From: the human T2T-CHM13v2.0 reference genome, Homo sapiens
Strand: one strand, 5' to 3'
Assembly (NCBI RefSeq): GCF_009914755.1
Contig: NC_060925.1
Length of the DNA: 64,000 nucleotides
Each line of letters starts with the position of its first letter. Position 1 is the stretch's first letter. The translations under genes were made by a program, and so were the position numbers. A model generated the notes under the pieces. It was given only the letters and a program-made list of their open reading frames with translations. It was not told the DNA's origin and ran no database searches. Shown here piece by piece: positions 1 through 13,014 of the stretch.

Positions 1-2423
1 GCTATTCACTTTCTCAGGTAGGTGTCTCCCTCTGACTGCTCATCCCCTTCTTACAGAACCTGCCAGACCCCTTTTCAGGGAGTCTTCTGCAGACAGATAG
101 ACAGAGGGAAGAGGGAGCCTGCCCCAACCCAGAGTTGATTGAATCCAGGTTGGACACTGAGTTCCCCCCACCCCCACTAAGATGGGCCTCTCTCATCCTC
201 TTTTGTGGAATTTGAACGAAGAGACTCACGTAATTTCCTCTGGGGTCTTGAAATATGAAGGGATTTAACACAGAGACGGGTGGGAGGTGGGCAGCCATGT
301 TGGATTTTCCATAGAGAAATGAGGACATTGTGTCTACAGAGAGACAGACACACACACATAAGGCAGATGGGGGCAGAGATGCAGAGATGAGCTCAGCAGC
401 CCTGAATCAAGTGGCTTAACAGACCCCTGTCCTTGACTCTCCAGACCCCAGTTGTGGTCCCACGTGGGGCCTGCTGCATGCCCTGTCGTTGGGTTCTTTG
501 AGCTACCCTTGTAGCCTCCAAGAAATCCACTTTGCCCTGAGCTAGGAAGAACGGTTCTTGTGCCAGGTGATTCTGGACTGAGACACCCTATACCCTGCCA
601 ATGCAGGAGGCCAGTGTGGGATTCCGGAGCCCCAGGTGACACATAGCTTTCCTCCTACCTTAACCCAGCACGCATTCACTGACTCTTCCCACATGCCAAG
701 CATGCGGCGAGAGGCTGGGACACGAGGCGTGACACACACCCATGCACATGCTTTCTCTCAATGCCCGCTTCAGTTCCTAAAGAATGAGGAAATAACAGAA
801 TCACTTCCCTTTCATCAGTTGACATCAGCATTCCTGTTTTTGTGACATTCTACGTGTCTCCAACATCTGTGATGGCAGCGCCCCAGAAAGGGATATAAAC
901 TGGGAAGTGGGTGGAAGTGACAACAATAGCCTGAATTTATATGCTTCTCCCTTAAACAGGTGGATCTGGGGGAAATATTTTGAGCTCCATTTAATGCAGA
1001 GCCAAGTGGGGATAATTTGATTCCTTTTGCTTCCTCAGATGCGGTTTGCAGAGGGAACTTCACAGGCTCTCTGGGATTGCTCACATTTGGCAGCTAAAGT
1101 GGAATCACCAATCCAAAATACTCACCCCAGGCGTGGGGTCACTCCCAGTGGCGGAGATGCCCTGCATTTCCATTGCCTGGACTGAGGAACAGATGAAAGG
1201 GGAACCACACCAGGGTGGTGGCCTGGGATGTGCCTACTCCCTAAGCCAAGCTTCTCTGTCCTGAGTGGGCTTAGGGTCCCCTGCAGCGTGGGTGTTAAAT
1301 GCTGCTTCCTAGGCCTCACCCTCAGAGCTTCCAGTTCAGTCGAGTCCAGGTCCCTAACCTGTCGTCGTCCAATTGATTTTGATCAGGTGCCCCATGGCCC
1401 CACTTTGAGAAGCAGATCGAGTCCACCTGTGCATCTTCCCTGTTGTCCCTAAAAATAAGGCTAAAAAAAGGCACCAGTTCAAAAATCCAGTTTATTTGTT
1501 TGAAGTTCAGGTTTACAGTTCCTCCAATTCTCAGATCGCAGAAGAAGCATCTGGAAGGAAATGACCCCTGCACCCACCACACCCCAACTACAGCCAAGGG
1601 AGTTCACGCCCACAATCTCTGGGCTCCTTCCACGGCAGGGAAGCCTTTGATTCTGCACCTACCCCTTGAGTCTAGAGGTCATAGGCAGCCAGTGGACATT
1701 TCTGGGTTTTGGGTCAGCTGCAGCTGCATTCCTGGGCGGGGGCTGTGTGATGTGCTGAGTGTGTCTTGGAAGGGTCGCTGGAATTCACTTACCTGGGATG
1801 CTGCTCCTAAACACCCCTTTTCCAGCTGCGGCCGGGGTCACCTGCAACATCAGTTCAGCCACGCAGGTGATCCAACCGGCTTCATTTCACCCATCCTCGC
1901 TAGAATCTCAGTTTAACCAACAGAGCTCCAGTGTTGTTTTCATGACAAACCCCCCATCTTAAGTCAGGGTCTGGTAAGTGGCCCCTGCCTTGATTCCTAG
2001 GCTTGAGTTTCCTTCTTGATAATCTGCCCATTCTTTAGTTTTCCCAAGGCTGAGACTCTACTTTCCTATCTTCAAAAAACTTCTCCCTGGGGACAGAGTC
2101 TGCTTTTGTAGACAAATTTTGTAGACATCGAATCCTGCTGTCTGCTGGGTGCCCCTGTCACCATGCCCTGCCTAGGTGACGTGATATCACCTTTGGGGTT
2201 CCCAGTTTCTCACCACCTGCCTGGATTGCCCCCTGTGCAGTAGCCAGTCTCTAGAGCCACCCTCTACCCACCTGGCCTTGCTTTCTACCATGTTTCCCCA
2301 CCCAGTCCACCTTGGGACTGTTCCAACTTGCTCCTGGCAAAGGGCTATTGAGTTTCTAGGTCTCAGTCCCTCTTCACCAGGCTTGTCTAAGGCCTAGTTC
2401 CAACAGATTTAAAGGCAACTGGA

Positions 2424-2750
2424 GGCCAGGATCATTGGCTCATGCCTGTAATCCCAGCACTTTGGGAGACCGAGGAAGAAGGATCATTTGAACTCACGAG
2501 TTCAAGGCCAAGCCACTCTGCTTCTACAAGAAAAAACAAGAAACAAAAAACAAAAAACACACACACATTAGTCAGACGTGGTAGTGTGCCTGTACTCCTA
2601 GCTACTTGAGAGGCTAAGACAACAGGACACTTGAGTCCAGGAGATGAAGGTTGCAGTGAGCTATGATTGCACCTCTGCACGCTAGCCTGAGCAGCCGAGT
2701 GAGACCCTGTCTCCAGAAAAAATAAATAATTTAAAATAAAAAATAAAAAT
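2424..2750 (+). mobile_element. Alu (old, AluJ-like), small left-arm deletion and expanded A/CA linker
   Basis: GGCCAGG...GCCTGTAATCCCAGCACTTTGGGAG start, GGTTGCAGTGAGCTATGAT right arm, A-rich tail. Confidence 0.93.
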
Positions 2751-3179
2751 CTCCCAGGGGTATAATTGTTTCTCACTTAGCTTCTAAACTGGATTGAAAT
2801 ATGAGTCAGGGCTCTTGGTTAGAAAACTAGTACCCCTGCTATTTAAGCAAAATATAAGGCTTTGTGAAGAAAAGAAAACATGGGGGTGAGAAGCAGAGAG
2901 GAATGAGTAGAAATAGGGAGACTGGTGGCTATTTCCCCACAAATCTTAGATTGTATCCTGGAATCTTTCCTTTCCTACTCTTTGGATCAGCCTGGGCTCT
3001 TAGAAAACATCCTGAGGCACTGTCCTCCTGAGTCCCCCTAGGGTGACTAAGCAATTGGAATGCTTCTGCTGCTTCCCTGCTCTCAGCCCCTCTGGGGTCG
3101 CATGCGCCATCTGGATGCTGTTCTGCCATCCACTCTGACAGCCTCTTTGTGCCTCTCTGCTCTTGGTCCCCTGGGAAGC

Positions 3180-3425
3180 AGTGTAACGTGGGTGCTGAGA
3201 GCATTCACACCAGTGGGGTGGTTTCAAATCCCAACTCTGCTACTTATCACCTGTCTGACCTCAGGGAAGTCACTTAGTACCTCTGACCTCAGTTTCCCCA
3301 CCTGAAAAGGAGCGTATGTTTGGCATATACTTATGAGGGTGCTGTGAGGATTAAATGAATTAAATATGTATAAGGTTCTTGGAACAGTGCCTGGCCCATA
3401 GCAAGCACTATCCCGTATAAGCATT
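3180..3425 (+). mobile_element. MIR SINE
   Basis: Core TTCAAATCCCAACTCTGCTACTTA...CCTCAGTTTCCCCACCTGAAAA...GTGAGGATTAAATGA...AACAGTGCCTGGC. Confidence 0.85.
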
Positions 3426-5324
3426 CTTTATGATTATTGTGGCTCTCTCTCCATTCTAGTTAATTTTCTCATCATCTTCTTTACTACCCAGTCTGGTCTG
3501 CATGCATTCCCATAAGGTTTCTATAATCTCTTTCACCTCCATTCATAACACTGCAACATCTTCCTCAATTTCAGCTCGATTCTGAGCCCACCTCCTCTAA
3601 TGTGGAATCCACACTTTCCTAACAAGCAAGAGAGTAGCCATTTTTACTAGGGATCCTTAATCAGAGTTAATATTTACTCAAGATTTTAGTGAAGCTTCTA
3701 CTATCTGGACTGTCAGATTTGGAGTCAAAGGTGGTGCCTGGGTTTCTCTATGCTTCTCATGTCTTGCCTGATACTGGGCAGCCGGTGGCATGCTCTCTGC
3801 AAGCACTGCTTCCCTTCACTGTACACTCCAGAATATCCTTTGCATGTGCTAGGCTGTATGTCTACTAGGTGCATAGTTGGTTTGGCCAATAGCTAGACCG
3901 TCATTTAAAGACTGTTACATGGAGCACTCTCTGACTGTGTGATTGCCATGACTGCATGATGGAACTGTGAGACAAAAGCGAAACCCTGTCCGTAATGAAG
4001 AACCCCCCTAGAAGAAGCTCTTCTTCCAAGTCTATAAAACAAACCCATCTTAAGTTGGTTACTAGGGTCCAAAATTCCAGGACTTTCACCAGAATACTTT
4101 ACAGATCAAAGTTCAGTAGGAAAATTTAATAAAGCTACAGCCTCGGGTGTGATTATTCTCAAAGCATGACATTTACATCAGTTCACCAAAATCTCCCCTT
4201 TAGGCCACAGCGTTTCAGTAATTCGGGTCTTTAGTAGGGGAGATAATATTTTTTGCCATGCTATAAGATGTTTTCTTTTGGAGGTATATATTTTCTGCAG
4301 TGAACACCAAGAATGTTAAAGGGCCATCAATTTAACTTTGATTTCATGAAGTGTGAGGAAAGTGGCAGCAGGCTGCGGCACTTTTGCCAGGGGGTGGCAA
4401 TTAAGCAGGTTGAGAAGGGACTTGAGCAAGGCAGGGACTCACTCTGAAATGAAATTACTGGAATTTGCTCTGTCGGAACTGTGATTCATGCAGAGATCTG
4501 AGAAGCAAGCCTGAAGACTAATGAAACTACCTTCCTTTAAACTCCAAGCTAAGTAGCTAACAAGCCCTCTCTACCTTGTTGGTAAAGTCAGATGTTTTTT
4601 CAGCTTCATCACAGAAGGTGTCCCTGATAACTGGTTCTACAATACTCCATGTTGATGGAGAACCTTCATTTTCCACTTATCTGCATATTGATTGCATAAA
4701 CATATGTCCCCTAGGGAATTTGTAGTGGCAGTAAACTTCACAGGCTTCCTTACATATTTATAGCTGGAAGAAAGGCCTCAAGGGAGTGTTGTACCTTGAT
4801 TGAGGTGCCCCCCTGGAACTCCAGGCTTATTGGTAGGACCACTGAATTCCAAGACTAGTGTCTCAATTCGGAAGATACAGGATTTAGCAGTCCAACGCTT
4901 TTGATTTCAAAAGACTAATTTATTCACTGATATTGGGAGATCAGCCTAGGAACTGGCGCTGGTGATTTATCTGAAACATCATTCCCTTTCTGGACAGGAA
5001 GTACAAGAGGCAAATGAAATTATGGATCAAAAGTTATAGTGTGTATAAAAGAGTAAAAATACTTGGAAATTGTTAAGGGAATATTTGTTCCAACTAATGT
5101 TCTCTTGGACCCAAGGTGTCATAGTATACTGTATACACAGTTACTGTATCACACTTTTGTCTCTCTTTCCTGCTCTATTATTATATCCTAAGGTCAGAGT
5201 CTGGGTCTTGTTCAGCTTTGTGTCTCTAGTGCCCACAGCAGAGTCAGCACTCACTAAAGGCTTATTAAATAAAAGCTGAATTAAAGAAGGAAGGCTTTGT
5301 TTTCGATCTTGAAAAATAAGTTAG

Positions 5325-6440
5325 TTTCAGGGCAGTGAAATATTCTGTATGATACTGTAGCATTGGATACATGTCATTATAGCCCATAAAATGTACAACA
5401 AGAGTGAACCCTCATGAAACCTGTGGACTGTGGGTGATGGTGTGTCAAGGTAGGCTAATGAATTACAGCAAATGGACCACTCTGGTGGAGGATGTTGATA
5501 GTAGCGAAGGCTGTGCAGTGTGTGGGGACTGGGTATACATGGGAATTCCCTGTAGTTTCCACTCGATTTTCGTTACCAAGCTAAACTTGGGTCTGCTTGC
5601 CCAGCATGCAGAAAAAGCTAAACATTGACACCTGGATTTGCAGTGAGAGAAACTGAGGCATTTATTGCAGAATGCCAAGCAAGGAGAATCAGGCAGCAAA
5701 TGCTTAAGATCCAACATCCCCAATGGCTTATAAGCAAGGGTTTTTAAAGGGAGGAATGTATTTCAGGAAAGCAGAAGTTACAGGCAAAATCATAAATCTA
5801 TACATGAAAACTATATATTGGCTTGGTCTAAGAAGGCACGATATCTTGAAGCAGGGGATTGCAGGTCATAGGTGGATTCAGAGATTCTTTGATTTGCAAT
5901 TGGTTAAGGAGGCGAGGCTTTGTCTAAAATCTTGGGGTCAGCAGAAAGGAATGTTAAGGTCTGGCCTGGGGGTGTGACTCTCTCCAGGCCCCCCAGGAAG
6001 AAATTTAAAACAAAGAACAACTGTCAGAGTTCAGTCCTCAGTTCCCCTTTATTTGAGATCTATGTGACGGCAGTCAGTATTTTCCATCTGGTGGGGGGTC
6101 CTGGTTTCTGAAAAACAACTCTGAAACATATGTTAAGATGTTGTCTTTAGCTTCTATAGGGAACCAAACATCTTGTGACTAACTTACTTGAGCGGGTATT
6201 AAGCTTATTATTCAATACCTTCATGCTTAGTGGGTTATTCACTTATTTTCCAAGTCTAGGTGTCTGGAATTTAATTCCAAGCTAGGTGCCTTGAATTTCC
6301 CTTGAGAGGACTAAAGATTTTTCCTTTATTTTCATGCCTGGGGGATCTGGAGGGCTCTAAGTGGGGTCCCTGCACCATCTCGTTTCGCTGTGAACCTAAA
6401 ACTGCTCTAAAAAATGAGGTCTATTTAAAAAAAAAAATAA
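5325..6440 (+). mobile_element. L1MC1-like 3' end, split by the LTR at 5571-6382
   Basis: GGCAGTGAAATATTCTGTATGATACTGT...GGATGTTGATAGT; resumes GCTGTGAACCTAAAACTGCTCTAAAAAAT plus polyA after the LTR. Confidence 0.8.
5571..6382 (-). mobile_element. ERV1-class solo LTR (MER39-like)
   Basis: Reverse complement begins (C)GAGATGGTGCAGGGACCCC...GCATGAAAATAAAGGAAAATCTT...GGAAATTCAAGGCACCTAGC, the same 5' motif as the LTR at 41151; TTTT/TTTC flanks. Confidence 0.75.
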
Positions 6441-7427
6441 GCCAGATTTCAAAATGGAGTGATGGTGAGTGAAGTTATTCAAGGCAGAGAGGACATCATG
6501 AGGCAAAATACTGAGGTGGTGGTCCTGTGTGGGATGAGGATTAGAAACACAGACTCCAGAAAATTAGTGACGTTCCAGTTTGGCTTCTGGAAACTATATA
6601 TGTAAGGGGAATCATGAGAGCTAAGAACTGCAAAACAGTTCAAGGAGAGAGGATGAAGGCCTGGGATAAACTAAAATCTTCAACTTAGTTGAGTGGGCAG
6701 CAGGGAGTCACTGAAAGCTTCTCAGGGTACATTGCAGCAAGGATTAAAGTTGCTATTAAATCTGGGTCAAATTGTTAGATTCCTTTATTTCATCTAGGTT
6801 AGTGATCTCCAATTGCACTGCATCAGTTACTCCCTTCAGGTATAAACAGCAGAAGCATCAAATATATTTGCCTAGAGTCACAATGAGTTGTACACCTCCT
6901 CACTATTTCCTCACTCTACATTCAGATAGTTTCAAAACAAAAACTTACTGTGATTAGACTCAATGGTTTTTTTTTTATTATTACTTCCCCCTACTTTTGC
7001 CTTTTTCTTTTAGCTTCAATACAACATCTATCCCAGATCCCTCCCACAGATGTGCAGTGAAGGAGGTAAGAGCAGAGATCTGGTTAAAGAAGGCAGGATG
7101 GGGGCAATCGGCATGATGCCCAGGAAGCTCTACAGCTCTTAAAGAGACAGCAGGAAAAATGCTTATCTAGAAATTTCCTCATGCCAATACTCCTTATTCC
7201 AGGGAACTGCAGAGAGGATAGAGAAGTCACCCTCAGTCATAAGAGGAGCTCGCTCTTAACCGTCACCAGGGAGAGGCACTCTGAAACTGGTTGTCAGTGA
7301 GATTCCCTTCTGACCAGATCCTCTCTTTGGGCTGCTGAGAACACCCACTTTATGGGAATACCATCTTATAGTAAAGGCACCAATGAGAATGCTTTATGTG
7401 GGCTGGGATGATAAATTCAGATAGTAT

Positions 7428-8204
7428 TGATATGGTAGAGGGGCAGGGAAGTGATGGGAGGAGAGGGCTCCACCCCCAGGCCTGTGACCACAGACCTAGG
7501 TGAGGACAGGCATTTCTGTTTTCCTGTCCAAATGTTGCATTTTCCAAGACCCCCTTGGCCCACCATGCCCCCATCCTGTGCCTAGAAAAACCCTGAGACC
7601 CTAGAGGGCAGAGACACAAGCAGCTGGACATCTAGAGGAACACACTGGCAGAAGAGCACACCGACAGGCACTGGCAGATGCCGTCAGGCCATGGACCAGT
7701 GGAACAACATGGAGTTTGGCCAGGGCGGTCAGATGAGAGCCCCGCTGCTAGGCTGCCCGACTCCAGGGTGAAACCACCACCTTCCCACTCCATCCCCCTT
7801 CTGGCTTCCCCTTCCACCTCACTGAGAGCTACCATCACTCAATAAAACATTTTGCACCCATCCTCCAAGCCCAAGTGTGATCCAAGTACACCAAGGCAAG
7901 AAGCCGGGATATAGAAAGCCCTCTGTCCTTGTGATAAGGCAGAGGGGTCGAATTGAGCTGATTAAACCAAGCTGCCTACAGATGGTGAAAGTAAAAGGGC
8001 ACACTGTAACATGCCCACTGGGGCTTCAGGATCTGTAAACATTCACCCTAGACGCTGCGATGGTGTCGGAGCCCACACTCCCCATGATCTGCCCACCTAC
8101 TCTACCTGCTTTCCCCAGGGGTTTTGAGCAGTGGGGCACTGAAGAAGCGAGCCACATCTCCATCGCATGCCCTGGAGGGGGACAAGGAAACTTTTTCCAT
8201 TTCG
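7428..8204 (+). mobile_element. ERV1 solo LTR (LTR1/HUERS-P2-like)
   Basis: TGATATGG...GACCTAGGTGAGGACAGGCATTTC...AATAAA...TTTCG; 4-bp TSD GTAT at 7424-7427 and 8205-8208. Confidence 0.8.
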
Positions 8205-9244
8205 GTATGGAATGCTGAGATGGTAGGAAAGACAGGTAATTACTGTAGCATTAACCTGGAAGCACACAGAGGAGATGGTGAAAGGAAACAGATTGGGTAA
8301 ATAATAATGCTAGCAACCAGCAGTCCATTCTATTGCTTTGCGATATTTCCTAACTTTCTCTCCATGGGATTCTCACCATTGTGGAGACCCAGTAAGAAGA
8401 GAAGGGGGTGGTTAGCACAGTGGTTCCTAGGTCAGGAAGAGTTCTGGAGAGGCTAACATTTGAAATGATACTAATGCAATAGCTGAAATGTAATAAACTC
8501 TGCCAATTCCTGTTCAACGGGCTTCACCTGGATTACCCCTCACTGTAAGGCAAGTTCTATTATTAAGTCCCTTCCAGAGGTGGGGACACAAGATAAAAAG
8601 AGGTTATGTAACTTACTTACTGATGTTTACAAGGTATGTAAATAGCAGATCCTGTCTGTCTATCTCCAGAAACGGTGCCACTCATACTGCTGAAGAAAGA
8701 GCTGGTACAGAGAGAAAGGTGAAATGGGAAAACATAGGCTGTCTTTGGACAGCTTCTTCCCAGATTGTTTTTGGGAAGCATTTTGGTTTGGCATTCTCCC
8801 AAAATGCTTTTCAAGACCCTTTATATAAAAACAAAAGTCTCTTCCTTGACTGTTTCTGTTCCTGGTTCAAACTTCCACAGCCTCATCCATGCCTTATCCT
8901 CTGTCTATGAGTCACACAGCATGCATACCAGGGCAGGTGGCTATCTTGGCTAAGGACACAAAAACATAGGCAGAAAAGGTCGATCCATGTGCCTGTGTGT
9001 ACATGTATGTATGGTGCATTCTTGCAGGGCAGGGAGCTGCACTCTGCCTTAGAGACTGGGATGGGCTGTGTAGGTGGGTAGTTCAAGGCCAACTAGTTCT
9101 GGAAGGCTGTTTTGCTTTGTGTTTGTTTTCCTTTTGGAAAATGTCAAGTTATTTAAACTTGACCCACAATCACTGATAAAAATCTTATAAAGTATTTTCC
9201 TCTGAAAGCAGATAGCATTTGGCCAGCCACTCTTGATTATACTA

Positions 9245-9866
9245 TGTTGCAGGGAAATGAAAAATGACTTTCTTCCACCCCTCTATGTTCCTTGGCTGGG
9301 CTACGAATTAAATTGACATGAGACAGATGAACAGGAGAAAAAAACATATTTAATTACGTACATACTTATGGGATTCTCACAAATAAGAGACTTAAAGAGG
9401 GTCAGATGACTGGGGCTTATGCAGCTTCCTGAGATACAGAAAGGACTAGGGGATTGGGGCTTAGGGCTTATGGAGTGGGGGTGGTGACTCAAGTTATGGA
9501 AGGGTTAGGGGAGGAAATGTATAGTGAACAAAGGTTGACTTGCTATGCAGATAAGAAGACTTTCAGGTAATAAAAGTTGTCTCTGAGCAGCCTTCACAAG
9601 ATTAGGTGATTGGTCTGTCTGGGCATGGTGTCAACCTCCAATCTTTCTCTTCTGTGATCTGAATTAATCTTCTCTGTTTGAGAAGATTCCTAGGGAAAGG
9701 ATTCATGACAATTGAGCTCCTTTTGCAGGATCATCTTTAGGCAGGTAAGGGGAGCTCAGGGAAGCCACTGCCTGCATCTGCTAATATTCCCCCAAGTGCC
9801 CTCACTTCAAAGTAAGCAGCATACTGAAGTGTCATATCTTGGGGTGGCATTTCCTGAACTCCTTCA
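9245..9866 (-). mobile_element. ERV1 solo LTR (MER34-like)
   Basis: Reverse complement starts TGAAGGAGTTCAGGAAATGCCACCCCAAGATATGACACTT and ends ...CAACA. Confidence 0.7.
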
Positions 9867-11654
9867 ATGTATATACCCTTCCATGATACAGGATAGTTAG
9901 GTGTGGGCAGGGTGAGAGCTCAATGCAGAATTGAGGAATAATATGATTGCAGTTATGAATAAGGCCTCCAGATCCAGGACCTCCCCATATTCCCTCCCTT
10001 AAGGGCCTTAAGGGTCTGTTATTCTGTTTCCCTTTTCATTCAACTATCAAGAAAATTTAGTGTTTTCAAACGGGCTAAGGAGAGACTCTGTGGGGAAAGA
10101 AACCCTTTGACCGTCCAGAGACATCTCCAGATTGCCCAAAACGTGGCAGAAATAAATGGTATTATTCTTGGAATCAGTCCTAATGTTCACCAATCAAAGA
10201 TTTTAAAAGTCTTAAAAGAGCCATGGGGTAGGCTAATGAGGTACCTAAGAGAAAACAGCATGGGCATGTTTTGAGTCAACAATATGAACCAACAAGTCCC
10301 TAGGTGCAACATTTGCCATATCATCTCCCTGTAGCAATGTGAAAGAAAGTAAAGTTAGGGACTATATTCAGAGAAATAAGACCATGACCAAGGCCTTTGC
10401 TTCACATTGCTGCCTGTGAAGCAATATTCTGCCTGTGTGCAAATATTGCCACAACCCCTAAATGGAAGCACTTAGGAGACAGAATTTACCAACACGCTCC
10501 TCATCTTGGGTGGAGTCAGGAGCTGGGTCAAGTAAGGATGGGAAATGCAATGGAGCACCAGTGAAGGCCTCAAAGGAAAAGAAACTATGCAAATCACATG
10601 GATTTGCATGGCTGGAGGAGCTCTAGGGCTGTCATCCTGTTGGAAAGACCTTAGACTTGGAGGCACAGAACACAGATGAGTTGCCTGCCCACTCCCTCAG
10701 TTCTCCCAAAACTGCTACATAGCCAGAATCTTCTAGATGCAGAGAGGTTAACTTATTACATACTGTGAATGCCTTAGGTTGTGCATTAGGACTCAATTTT
10801 TTCCAGGGAGGTCCCTGGTTGAGAAATTGCCTTTTTTTTTAAGTGTCAATAATATTATTTATTAAGGAAAAATCAACTTTTCAAAACTCCAGGGGCCCGG
10901 TAGGGATGTTGACCTGCAAGTTGGAGGAGGCCATTTCAACAAATACAGTATGCACAAGCATTATGAGGGATGCAGATGTGACTGGGATCGTATGAAGCCT
11001 GTTTCTGAGATTCTGGTAAGATCAGCTCAAAGCCCTCATCCAAGCCCCATGGAGAGTTGGTTGCCTCCCTAAGATTTCTGTGGTTTCCCAAGGATTTTGC
11101 CTTCTCTGATGCCTTTGGCCCCAGCAGCCTATCTTAACAGAATACTTGCCATCCACTTTGTGTCATTTAGGTCTTTATTTCTACCCTAGTGTTGATAAAA
11201 ATATGGGACTCATAGTCTTTTCTTGAATTACTCAAAACCCTCATCTGATGTCTTTGTGTATGCAGTGAACTTACCTGGAAGCAACATTAGCAACTGATGA
11301 TTAAATATCAGACCTCTATAGCCTAAAATAGCTTTGTCTACCCATCAGGTGGCCAGCCCTCTCTGCCATCTCCAGTCCTCAGAGCCCTCCTTCGTATGCC
11401 TAGCTTTCAGCAGTCATACTGCCCTATACTCGGCTCAGAGCCTCTCTTTATACTCAAGGACTCCATTCAGCTCAGGCTTAGAGATGACTGCTTGAAATAG
11501 AATGATTATTTTCACACTAGGCACCTCTTTCCTCTCCAGGCTGTGGTGGAGAATCTGGAGATGTAATTTCTTTCCAATGACGTAAGATAGATAAAATGAT
11601 TTCTGTCTTTAAGAGCCTTAAATCCAGTTGGAAAATCATTTAATAATTAATAGG

Positions 11655-11870
11655 TTGTATGGAAAAAGAATACGGTCAGAGTTAGAGACGTGTACTCAAT
11701 CTTCCAGTGCTGCCCTGATAAGCCAATGACCTTGGACAAGTTACTCATATGGTTTCTCACCTGTAAAATATGGATTCTATCATGCAATGTTGAGAGCTGT
11801 TATAAATGTGAAGCTATATGTTTAAAATGGCTAACACAGTGCTGGCATCATGGCACGCAGTAATGAAGTC
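11655..11870 (+). mobile_element. MIR SINE
   Basis: TGACCTTGGACAAGTTACT...TTTCTCACCTGTAAAATATGG core. Confidence 0.65.
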
Positions 11871-12487
11871 CAGAAATTTTTATTCATTCCTAAAATACCT
11901 GTCATGCAGTAGATGAATATTAAGTGTTAGCTACCTTCTTAAGAACAATATCTTAAAAGTTAAATAGAACATCGGCAACATATGAGATGGTGTGAAATAA
12001 AATGAACATGGAGGAATTCTTTTCCTCCAAAGAGTGTGATTTTGTTTAAAAGGCCTCTGAAATAAAACAAGAATGCATTCCACAGGAGGGCTTAAAGACA
12101 AAACAGTTCTCCATGTCTCCTTGTTCAGCCCAACAGGTTAACTCAGCATTTCTCTGGTGTATAGTATAGTGCCTTTGTGCCCAAAGATCATATTGCACAT
12201 AAACATTTGTAAGCAGTGGGTCATACTTCAGGAAGAGTTGTGAGGTAAAGGAAGCAAGCACTTGTGGAAGAGGGTGATGTAAACATTTAGAAACACTTAG
12301 ATAGGGACTTTGGGCAAACAAAGAGAGGAAAGGAGAGAATTTGAATGATCCCATGAGCGAAGTGGAAATGATGCAAGTATAATCTCGTATATTTTCTAAA
12401 TGTCGGAAAGACTCATAAGTAAAACATCTTAGAGAGATGAGAGTCCATTGATTTTTATAATTTACTTTAAAATTTACCTACAGGAGA

Positions 12488-12532
12488 CGTATTAGGGTTC
12501 TGTAGAGGGACAGAACTAATAGGATATATATA

Positions 12533-12571
<39 letters not shown>

Positions 12572-13014
12572 ATATATATATATATATCCTGTATTCCATA
12601 TAAATATATATATATATGAGTTTATTAAGTATTTAGTATTAATATTAAGTATTAACTTACACTATCACAATGTTCCCACAATAGGCTGTCTGCAAGCTGA
12701 GGAGCAAGGAGAGAGAGTCTGAGTCCCAAAACTGAAGAACTTGAGGTCTGATGTTCAAGGGCAGGAAGCATCCAGCATGGGAAAAAGATGTAGGCTGGCA
12801 GGCTAGGCCAGTCTCCCCTTTTCATGTTTTTCTGCCTGCTTTATATTCCCTGGCAACTGATTAGACTGCCCACCAGATTAAGGGTGGATCTGCCTTCCCC
12901 AGCCCACTGACTCAAATGTTTATCTCTTTTGGCAACACCCTCACAGACACACCCACGATCAATACTTTGTATCCTTCAATCCAATCAAGTTGACACCCAG
13001 TATTCACCATCACA
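12488..13014 (-). mobile_element. MLT2A (MLT2A1-like) 3' LTR of HERV-L, with internal (TA)n tract
   Basis: Minus strand starts TGTGATGGTGAATACTGGGTGTCAACTTGATTGGATTGAAGG, preceded by PPT AAGGGGTGGACT; AATAAA at 12621-12626; (TA)n about 12522-12617. Confidence 0.92.

Noticed and set aside
100-570. Possible very old LTR fragment
   Set aside because: Too degenerate to assign a family or boundaries by eye.
1443-1916. 157-aa plus-strand ORF in unique-looking DNA
   Set aside because: TTG start, no motif, no supportable exon structure.
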